Positions 22,796-34,300 of a stretch of DNA of 64,000 bases are shown here, one piece after another (within the stretch, counting starts at the first letter, position 1; each line of letters begins with the position of its first letter). The position numbers and the translations under genes are program-made. The notes under the pieces were generated by a model, which did not search any database, was not told the DNA's origin, and was given only the letters and a program-made list of their open reading frames with translations. This DNA comes from Macrostomum lignano (lineage: Eukaryota): the NCBI GenBank assembly GCA_002269645.1, contig NIVC01001586.1:18076-82075 (forward strand). The letters are read 5' to 3'.

Positions 22796-23401
22796 AATAA
22801 GTAGATCGTTAGTAGATCTCCAGCCAAGGACTTCATCATTGCATTGTCTTCAGCCAGCCAATTGAAGCCAACAAATGTTTCAGACTGCCAGCAAGTCATT
22901 AAATAAATTTTCCAACTACTCGAAGCTTACGTCAGCGGGTGCTAGCATCTAAATAATCTCATTACCGTTAGAAAGCTAATATGTCTGACTGTGGGCATAA
23001 TAAAAGTTGTCAATTAGAAGCCACTATTTTATTACGATTGCGCCAGACATGCAAAGGCACGCCCGACCGACCGTTTCTTAGGTTGCCATCCAGGGTCTTC
23101 GGAGAGAACAGGTGATGCGCGGAGGACAAGCGATTTCACTGCAGCATGCAGTGACGCAGCATTAGCAGCGCCTGTGAAATCTGGCATTATTATATTTCCA
23201 CCTGCTGGTCGCTACACCGCAGCTTTACGAGGAGGAATAATTGCTGCGAGATTACGGCAAAGGGAGCTCAACCTCGTCTGTCTCCTGTAGTTCCAGAGTT
23301 GTGCCTGTTCGGAAGTTTCTCCAGCTTGAAGTTCGTCCGACCGTCTATTGCCCGCATTACAGTTCAAGTGGGTTGTGTTGTCTATCTTAGATAGATAGAT
23401 C

Positions 23402-24076
<675 letters not shown>

Positions 24077-24481
24077 AGCCCGTGCAGTTTTCACCCCGTT
24101 GAAACAATGGTGCAGAAAAGTCCAAGCCATGAAATCCTTTCCGCCTCTTTAAAGAGGCTTGCAGACAGAAATGGGAAATTTGGAGAACAAAGAGGCGAAC
24201 GTTTAGGGAGCCATATTTGGAGGGAAAATCTAACAAAATCAGTATTTCTAATTAAATAGACAGACCTGCAGCATCAGTAAAAAGAGGCTTCATATATGGT
24301 ACAACAGAAATTTGGCCCTTTTAAATAATTAGCTCGTATAGAAAAGTGAGAAGTAGATTTTGTTCGAGTTGTCTAGTTTCGGTGCTGGGAGGGCTGAATA
24401 AGCGCGCCTGAGATAAGCGCGCATGTGTATTCTTTACGATTTGACATAGATAGCGCGCACAGGCAGAAGCGCGCAAACGCG

Positions 24482-24550
24482 GCAGTGACACAAGTGCGCA
24501 GACAATTTTGACGGTAGTGACACAAGAGCGCAGACCATTTCGACGGTAGT
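24482..24550. repeat. 32-bp minisatellite, left remnant, split by the LTR element
   Basis: GTAGTGACACAAGAGCGCAGACCATTTCGACG units; continues at 28919. Confidence 0.88.
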
Positions 24551-27500
24551 TGTTGTGGGTTGATGGCTTTGCCATAGACATTTTTGTTACGCGACTGCGT
24601 TGATGAATTGAACCATGCTATTGAGTTATGAAATAAATGATAGACGCGTCAGAGGTCAACAGACCGCTAGACTGACAATTGCCAAAGGCTAAAGCCAAAA
24701 GCACAACAGTGGCGTCGGCAAGCATAGGCTACGAAAATGCCTGGAAGTACGCCAGCATCGCCAACTAAAGGAATTGGTAAAACGGTTTCGAGCGACAAAG
24801 CACCACCGCTTGCGATCTCGTCGAAATCAGTCCAAGCGACAAAGTTGCAACAGCGACAGCGCAGAATCCAAGCGCACAAGTATCGAGAGGACAGCAAGTT
24901 GACATCGAAAAACTCGATGAAAGTTCGAACTTCCAGAGGTGGTTGGACCGATTCACACTGTGCAGCGAACTCAACGGCTGGCAGGACGACACGAAAAACA
25001 AGCTGCTGCTGATGAAGCTCAGCACCAAGCTGTACGACGCATTGGCAGATCGAGCCGCTCCCAAGAAGCCGGGAGAAAAGAGCTTCGATGAACTGACCAA
25101 ACTACTGGCCAGCATCCTGGAACCAAAGACGTTCGTCATGGCTGAGAGATTCAATTTCCAGCATATCACTGGCACGGCATCAATGAGCATTCGTGAGTAT
25201 GCACAGCAACTCTGCATGCAAGCAGACAAGTGTCAGTTTGGCCTATCCAGAGATGAGAGACTGAGAGATCAGCTCGTATTCGGTTTGAATGACAAGGTGG
25301 CCATCAGCAAGTTATTGGAACAGGACTTCAGCACCCTCACGTTTGAGACAGCTATCAACATCGCTGAGGCGCACCAGAACGTATCACAAACGCAAATACT
25401 AAAGGGTTGCACCAGTCAGCCGCAGTCTTCTGAAGTAATGAAAATTTCAGCATCGGTGGCCAGAGGCTCCCACTCTACAAGCTCCAAGTGTGGCAGATGT
25501 GGCACAATGCATGGCTCCAATGGAGGGTGTCCTGCGAAAGGAAAAACGTGCAACAAACGTGGCATGCAAAACCACTTCGCAACAGTTTGCAAAACGAAAT
25601 CAACTGGTTTTGGCAAAGGCCGAAAATCGTTCAAAAGCCCGTCAGCATCTGGTCAATTTAGGCGAGCTGCAGTGTGGCCAAGGACCACAAGCTTTGTAGA
25701 TGCAAGCGAAGCTGAACAGGAGGATTGTTTTCATATTCGACATCCCGTTGATAGCTACACCGTGCCTGTTAGGCTCAGACACACGAGCGGGTCGATGCTT
25801 AGCGTGAACGCACAAATCGATACTGGGGCAGGAGTTTCGGTAATGTCAAAAACGATCTGGAAACGATTGGGTTGTCCAAAGCTGACACCTACAGACACTG
25901 TTCTGACAACATACGCTGATACGCAAATGAAGGTCTTTGGAACACACGAAACTGAGTTGGAGTACAATGACGAGTTCATTCCAATCACATTCTTCATTGT
26001 GGAATCGCAGAGGAACTTTGCTCTGGTTGGCCGAGACAAGCTCAATTTCACGCTAAACGCTGTAGACAACAACTGCACATCGGCAACCCAGTCATGCGAA
26101 TTTCCACCAGTAACTCTTAAGATCAAGGAAGGAACCACTCCAATTCATTGCAAACCCAGGCCGCTACCCTTCGCACTCAGACAGGGAGTCAAGGATGAAA
26201 TCGATCGGTTGCTTGAAGAAGACACCATCAAGCCCGTCAAGTTCAGTGAATGGGCCTCACCAATTGTCGTGGTCAAGAAACCTTCTGGAAAGCTCAGACT
26301 TTGCGTCGACTACAAGGTGACAATCAATTCTCATCTTATCAACGATTCATATCCGATGCCTGCACCTGACGAAGTGATTGCAACTGCTGCTGGCAGCCGG
26401 ATATACACTCGTCTAGACCTCAGCTTATCACTAAGAAAGTGAAAGCTTAACACTTTCACTTAAAAGCTTATCACCAGAAAGCTTATCACCAGATCCCACT
26501 AGATGAAGCTTCCAAAGAGCTGACAGTAATGTCAACACCATTTGGGATGTTCGCTTTCAACAAGCTTCCGTTCGGAGTGAAAACAGCACCTGCGATCTTC
26601 CAGCGGTACATTAGCCAAGTCCTACAAGGAATTCCTGGCGTCATTGCCTACGTAGACGACATATTGATATGCGGCAAAGGCGTAGAACAATTGGCAGTTC
26701 GCGAGACGGAAGTATTGCATCGACTAAACCAGCAAGGATTGAAGATCAACACGGCGAAAAGTGAATTCCGCAAGACTTCGATCAAGTTTCTAGGCTACTT
26801 ATTGGAAGGAGATCAGCTCAAGCCGGACCCAGCCAAAGTGAAGGCAATCCAGGACATGACACCACCGCAGAACGTTGGCGAGCTTGAATCCTTCCTGGGT
26901 CTCGTAAATTTTAGCGGCAAGTTCATCAGAAACCTAGCTGCACTGACCAAGCCTCTCAATCGACTAAGAAAGAAAAATGAGGACTTCGTGTGGACAAAGG
27001 AGTGTCAAATAGCATTTGACAAAATCAAGGTCACTCTCTCTGATCAATCGAGTCTTCAAATATTTGATCCGGAGAAGCCCATTGAACTGGAATGCGACAG
27101 TTCTCAGCGAGCTCTGGGCGGAGTGTTGACACAAAGCGGTCAAGTCGTGCTGTACATGAGCAAGACTCTGTCTGACGCCGAAACAAAATATTCGCAAATA
27201 GAGCGTGAAGGCCTGGCACTGGTTTGGTGCATTCAAAGATGCCATCGGTTCTTGGATGGCCGGAGGTTCACACTGATAACTGATCACCGGCCCCTCACAT
27301 ACATATTCGCGCCAGACAAACAGCTGCCCACCAGAGTTTCAGCTCGACTACAACGATGGGCAATCATACTAGCTGCTTATGACTTTGACATACAGTGTCG
27401 ACCATCAAAGCTAATGCTGTCGGATGCGCTATCTCGACTGGTGCCCGCTAAGCCGAATGCACAGACAGCATCGATCGGACTCCTCGAAGCTGACAACCCG

Positions 27501-28918
27501 GGAGTAATTCAGCTGGATCGCATTGCACACGCAACCAGAGAGGACCCGGAGTTCAGATGCCTGGGCGCAGCCATAATTAACAATAATCTATTTGACGACC
27601 CACACCTACTCAGCTACTCAAAGGTTCAAGATGAGCTAACTGTCAATGATGGAATTATTTACAGAATGAACAGAATTGTATTGCCTCGTGTCCTGAGAGA
27701 AAGTGCCCTGGCAGCTGTACACTCAACGCACCTTGGGGTGGAAAAGTCAAAGTCGATTTTGAGGGAACAGTTCTGGTGGCCACAGATGGACCGTGACATC
27801 GCTGACTACATTGGACGATGCAACGTGTGCAACCCGTACAAGCCCAGAAATAAGAACTTTCGGCACTCGTGGCCAGAACCTGACAACCCCTGGGAGCGAG
27901 TGCACATTGATTTTGCCGGTCCGATAGAGGGCAAGTACCTACTCATCATTGTGGATGCGCACTCGAGCTACCCGGAAGTCTTCATCACGAGCGACATGAA
28001 GGCCGACACAGTCATTTCCAGACTTAGAAGATTGTTCTCACAACAGGGGGTGCCCAAGTGTCTCGTGTCAGACAACGGCCCAGTTTTGTGAGCGAAGCGG
28101 TGACCGGCTGGCTCACCCAGATTGGCTGTTCGCACATCACAACGCCCGCCTACCATCCACAGAGCAACGGCATTGCAGAGCGAATGGTGCGAACCGTCAA
28201 AGAGACAATCAAGACCAATGGTTTATCCCAAAGAAGTATTGACAGATTTCTACTGTTCTACAGAGCTGCCAAAGGGAAGCAGCAAGCATCACCGTCCGAG
28301 TTGTTGAACGGCAGACAAATAAGACTCCCCATCTCGGAGAGCAGCACTCAGTCCAAGTGGATCCCAGGAGAATCACTCATCTACCGTGCATCGAGTTCTC
28401 ATGAGCCACGAACTGTGAGATTCGCCAAAATGCTTGGCAGCAACACAGCAGTCGTCACCACAGAGACTGGACGAAATCTAAAGACCCACCTCGATCAACT
28501 ACGAATCGGTGAGGTACCTGAGGCTCACGGAACTACGGAAATGGGGGATTCCAAGCCCGGTGGCAGCAGTCCAAGTGACGACGGCCAACAGACGCGTCCG
28601 TCATCGACAGACACTGAGATACTACCGGGAACAGAACAAGCTGAGAGAGCACAACAGCAACAGACTGAGGTTGGAGTGACGCGAACGCTTGGCCAAGAAA
28701 ACTAGAATTTTTTATCGCACCTGAGTGATAATTGTACACCTACCTATAGAAGAGGGAGGGTGTTGTGGGTTGATGGCTTTGCCAAAGACATTTTTGTTAC
28801 GCGACTGCGTTGATGAATTGAACCATGCTATTGAGTTATGGAATAAATGATAGACGCGTCAGAGGTCAACAGACCGCTAGACTGACAATTTCCAAAGGCT
28901 AAAGCCAAAAGCACAACA
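24551..28918 (+). mobile_element. Full-length Ty3/Gypsy LTR retrotransposon (4368 bp), disabled
   Basis: LTRs 24551-24708 and 28761-28918 (158 bp, TGTTGTG...CACAACA, 3 differences seen); GTAGT duplicated at 24546-24550 and 28919-28923; PBS-like GTGGCGTCGG after the 5' LTR; PPT AGAAGAGGGAGGG; domain order gag-PR-RT-RH-IN. Confidence 0.97.
24737..28705 (+). pseudogene. gag-pol of the Gypsy element, broken into three or four frames
   Basis: CCHC knuckle CGRCGTMH...C, protease IDTGA, RT LRLCVDY and YVDD, RNase H ECDSS and YSQIEREGLA, integrase H..HLG...C..C, HIDFAGP, SDNG, PQSNGIAER. Insertion with stop at ~26423-26478, frameshift at ~28082, no in-frame gag ATG. Confidence 0.93.
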
Positions 28919-29370
28919 GTAGTGACACAAGAGCGCAGATCATTTTGACGGTAGTGACACAAGAGCGCAGACCATTTTGACGGTAGTGACACAAGAGCGC
29001 AGATCATTTTGACGGTAGTGACACAAGAGCGCAGACCATTTTGACGGTAGTGACACAAGAGCGCAGACCATTTCGACGGTAGTGACACAAGAGCGCAGAC
29101 CATTTCGACGGTAGTGACACAAGAGCGCAGACCATTTCGACGGTAGTGACACAAGAGCGCAGACCATTTCGACGGTAGTGACACAAGAGCGCAGACCATT
29201 TCGACGGTAGTGACACAAGAGCGCAGACCATTTTGACGGTAGCTTAAACCGTGTCTATTTGTGTAAAGAAACTGACTACGTGCAGAATACAAGTGTACGG
29301 AAGCAGTGTCACAAGAGCGCAGACCATTTCGATGGAAGTGTCACAAAAGCGCAGACCATTTCGACGGTAG
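28919..29370. repeat. 32-bp minisatellite, right part (~10 copies to 29240, then diverged units)
   Basis: Period 32 (GTAGT at 29111 and 29143). Confidence 0.93.
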
Positions 29371-30579
29371 AAAAAGAGAAAAAAATGCATTAACAGGCAT
29401 GCGAAACGAGTCGTAAATATATTTTTGTACGAAATACAAAGACGAGTAATTAAAAGTAAAATAATAAAATAATTTGCAACTGCGAGTCCATACATGTAGT
29501 TACCTGGTGCCACGTAATGAAGGTCCAGATCAGAAGCTCCGCCTGGGTGAAGGCCAGTGACCAACGAAGTCAGAGCTGATGCAGACCCATGTGATCCACG
29601 TGCTGATGAAATTTGGAGGCTTGGCAAGGCTGCACTGAGGCGCAGTGCTGATTGGCACACAGGGATGTATTGAAGACACTACAGAATAAAATTGACCTCC
29701 GGTTGAATCTTCGAATGTCTTGACGGTCCAGAGGGCTGGCAACTTGATTCTTGTTTGAGAAGGTGCGCACCAAAAAGTTATAACCCGTATTCTTGCATTT
29801 CGAATGCCTGCGTTGCTCCGTTCGGGTGCAGAAAAAACAATTGTCAAAAAATGTCTCTAAGTTCGATGGGCGGAAAATGGCTTTGTATTTCTACTGTTTC
29901 AAGCCTCGTAAATCAATTCTTGCTTTAAAGAAGCTCTTTTAAAGTTTTAACCATTTAAAATCAATTCATTTGATTTAAATTTCGTAAATTGACAATTCAA
30001 ACCTATCGGGCAGCTCTTTGTTAAAATTGGTTCGATTAAAAAAATTATAAGAATCAGTGGCATTTTTCTAGGAAAGTGAACAAACTTTTCAGAATGAGTT
30101 AGCTCGTATATTATTATATTAAAGTAGGTTTTATGCATTATCCATTACATAGCAAAATACAGAATACAGGATAGCTACACGATATGACTGAAATGTCCTG
30201 TATTGAAAAAGCTTGAAACTCGACAAAACGCTTTTTAGATATGAAACTCGGTCTAAGTCGAGTTGAAACTCGAAGAGTCGAGCACACACCGAAACCTATT
30301 CTAGAGAGATGGCTGTTCAATTTTAAGTATCATTCGTCACCGTCAATGCCATTTGCAGTTTTTTAAGCGATTTGAGTATTGAGCGGCAAAGTACATTATT
30401 GAGATCTGGCTTTGGGTCCATACGACGTGCCAATCACCAGGATTTCTGAAGTCCAGGTGCACCAATAGTAAGCAAACTGAGTAGTAATGAAAAAGAGCAA
30501 TAAACTTCAGCAATTCACAGATCCTCTGATAACTGCGGATGCGTTTTAATGCATTTCAAGACAAGAATCATTTATTGGC

Positions 30580-30843
30580 CCTCTGACCACTAGCTGAACC
30601 CCTCCGACTAAACCCCTTCGCCTTTCCACACAAAATCTCTGCCCCCATTTTTATTGCCCTCCTCGGTGTTGCAGCCTAAAGCTGGCATGTACATTCTCAG
30701 TTGCACTGACTGGCCTAATGTACATTATAGCTGCACCAATAGCCAGTTGTTTGCGTCTGCGAGTCACTCCAACTGCTGCCTGTCTTTTCATAGAATAGCT
30801 TACACATCCTTCCTTACTACTGAGCTGGAAGTAGAGAAACTGT
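30580..30843 (+). repeat. Dispersed ~260-bp repeat, copy 1
   Basis: Collinear with 48235-48483; shared block includes CTGCACCAATAGCCAGTTGTTTGCGTCTGCGAGTCACTCCAACT. Confidence 0.85.
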
Positions 30844-31343
30844 TATGCCAATTACACGCCTGCCTAAGTGGTTCATCTACGGTTGCCCAGCCTGTTCAAA
30901 CAGCGTGTGCTCTCTAGCGTTGCTAGAGTCATTAATAATATTAACGGTAGCTATATAGATAGTATGTGTTTTGGATAACCAATCAAGAATAATGTTGTGT
31001 ACTTAAGAGGCATAGAGGCGAGTTCGAGCGAAAGATCAAAAGTCCGTCTACTCGTAGACAGCTTCATTAGGATAGATGAGGAGCTTCAATTTGGCTAATT
31101 ATTAATCTAATTATTAATGTTCCTTTACGTAATACTGTTAAAACTAATGACGCATCGGATGCACAATATTGACACAGCGACAACCTAAAGAAGCTATATT
31201 AAATTTAGAGTCTCAGTAGATTTTTGTGGGTGCTTGCAATTATCTGACCGACGTATTTTCAGAATTAGAAGCACACCCAGCATGCTCCGTGGCTTTATAT
31301 TGTAAAATCGAAATCCAATTTTATTCAGTACCTAATTGCTCGC

Positions 31344-34300
31344 CTACTCATCATACTCATTCACAAGTACACTAGTGGAGCCTTCAGGAGTCGATACATT
31401 CGCCAGCAGGTCGTACTCATCCTCAACTACTCCAAAGTAAGTTGCAGGAGTCGATGCACTCGCCAGCAGGTCGTACTCATCCTCAACTACTCCAATGTGA
31501 GTTGTAGGAGTCGATGCACTCGCCAGCAGGTCGTACTCATCCTCAACTACTCCAACGTGAGTTGCAGGAGTCGATACATTCGCCAGCAGGTCGTACTCAT
31601 CCTCAACTACTCCAATGTGAGTTGTAGGAGTCGATGCACTCGCCAGCAGGTCGTACTCATCCTCAACTACTCCAAAGTAAGTTGCAGGAGTCGATGCACT
31701 CGCCAGCAGGTCGTACTCATCCTCAACTACTCCAACGTGAGTTGCAGGATTCGATGCACTCGCCAGCAGGTCGTACTCATTCTCAACTACTCCAACGTGA
31801 GTTGCAGGAGTCGATGCACTCGCCAGCACGTCGTACTCATTCTCAACTACTCCAACGTGAGTTGCAGGAGTCGATGCACTCGCCAGCACGTCGTACTCAT
31901 TCTCAACTACTCCGGAGTGTGGCTTGACAATTGGAGGAGTACCACTCCCGCGGTGGCATGAATGCCCGTCAACAACCGCTCTCGGGGATTTCTGGGACAG
32001 TTTGGACAGAGCAATGAATTTGCTGTTACATATGCCATCCGCATCAGCTTTGACAGGTAGCTCTTTCGCTGCATTGCGACGACAGCAGAGCAATCTAAAC
32101 GAGACGCAGAGACCAGAAAAAACCAACAAGCTGCCCAGAATGAAGCTCGTTAGAAACTGCGGCAAGCCAAAACCTCCCGGATTGTCGTCTTCTGCAATGG
32201 TTTCGGCATTCAAATACATGCCTAATGTGTTAAATAAAAGTGGTCACCCAGTCAGTCAGTGGTCAACCATGTAGATGACCTGTTTGTACAATATACTTCG
32301 TACAAGCTTAGAGACTAAATGTATAGACTCGTTCAGACCATATTCAAATGAGACTGCAGTTTTGGAATGATCATGCGGCTTATACATATTTTTCGTGGCT
32401 ATGCAAACCAGGAGTGACAATGTTCGTTTGATTCATCATGATTCACGAAGACCATTCTCACCTTGCGATGGCCTGCGAAGTGTCGAACTAACAGTGTCCA
32501 GGATGAGCCCTGACTGATTCACCAGACACTGGACGGACGCCGAATCAGCCCACTCCTTCGGAACAATCAGCGAAAACGTGCTGCTTGTGTTACTCGACTG
32601 AAAGTGGTGCAGTTTTATATTTCTTATTAGTATGAACGCAAAGATAGCTATTTGAATTTTTAGCAAACGAGCCATCCTATACTTGAAGTAGATTATCCTG
32701 CAATTGTTCTTTTCGACAAAGAGAATTTTCAACTACTTAAGCTATAGAATGGATCCCGAAGCCGACTAAAACAACTAGAATGGGACCTAGATGAGATGTC
32801 TTGGCGTTTCTAGTCGATTGTTCTGATAAGTTATCAATTGCAGCTTTGCTTCTATAGCTTAATTTGTCATCCTCTTTGTAGTGATCCGCTAGTTTGGTGT
32901 TAGGCGTCGCACTATTGTCAGCGGCTTCCCTCGCCCTCGCCCTCGCCCTAAGTCGCTGTCTGCCGCTGGTCAGCCTCCCTCCCTTTTTTTCTGCCTGTTC
33001 TCTGTCGCCCCCCACCTCTTCTCTGGGCTCTTGCTTGCAGCCACGAGCTTCTCTGCTGTGGCCTGCTCTGCGTTTCGTTCCTGTCCTGAGGTCAAGCTGG
33101 CGGCCTGTTTCCCTTGTCAGGTGAGCAAGTCACTTGACAAGTCTTGTTTTCTCGAAGTCCTAAAGTGCAGTAGACATGTTTACTGTACTTGTTGGTCCAT
33201 GTTTACAGGAGGAATCACGTGCTTCAGGGCCCTTGTCTTCTCTAAGGTAATAGGTGACTCATGTTTCTAAAAATAGATAATGAGTCATGCGGCCCTGTGC
33301 ACTTTACCCGCAGACCCTGCCTTCTCTAAGGCACGAGGTCCGGCGCACACTGGCGCAGCGGGGATTCCCCTATAAATACGTGCCCCTCACCCTTGGTTCA
33401 GTCAAGGAGTGCTTCTTTAGTCTAGTTTTCCAGACTTCGTTCAGTTGCCCATTTAACCATTTGGAAGCCAAAGGCCTGCACTGCAGGCCATACCGAAACG
33501 GTCCAGAAACCCAGAGATTGAAAAATGTCTATGGCATCAAAAACCATCTCCCAATCACTAAAGCAAGTGCCCAGTATGGCCTGCTGTGCAGGCCATGACT
33601 GATTTAAAGACGTCCATTATGCATTTCCATTGTGTTTTCACTCAAATGGGAAATGTTAAAGGGGAAATAAAGCGTGGATGAATTAGCATGGATCTGGACA
33701 GAGACCAGGATTTCCGGGACATTGGCTGCAGCAAAATACTGTCTTCTTAGCTGGAACGTCAGGTTTCAAATTCGGAATCGTTTGCTTGGGCGAGTCTGGG
33801 CTTCCGTTGCTGGGAGTCGTCCGTGTATATGTGGTATCCTTCGCCCAGCACTTCGCGACTAAGCTCAGCAACAACTCTCGCTCTCTTCCTCGCCATTTTC
33901 TGCACTCTCCTGCTGGAACTCCCTGACTGCCAACCACATTCGCTCATTAGTCCATGTGACAAGACTGTGGTGAGAAACTCTTCAGTCAGGATCAATTTCT
34001 GGATCCATGCCTTCCGACTCCGTTTCTGACTCAAAAACCGTCGAGTCATTGCTTGATAAAGCGTCTTCCGAATCGGAATCGAGTCCCAGTCTACGCAAGG
34101 CGTCACTTTTAGCTGTCCTATTCGGCCGAGTAAAAGCCATTTGTGGGTAGGAAGGTTTGAACAGGAGCTAGCTGAAAAACTATGTGATATACTTTACTTC
34201 TGGGCTTCTAGGGTGTGCACTCGATTCAGCAAAAAAGACAAATTTGTCTATGGACTGCTCTGCAGGCCTTTGGGCTTTTAAGCCATCTTACAGAACCAAG

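Noticed and set aside
31385-31915. Calling the Tyr motifs canonical ITAMs or ITIMs
   Set aside because: YxxL spacing is 16 residues (ITAM needs 6-8) and position -2 is D/N (ITIM needs I/V/L/S); only hemITAM-like is defensible.
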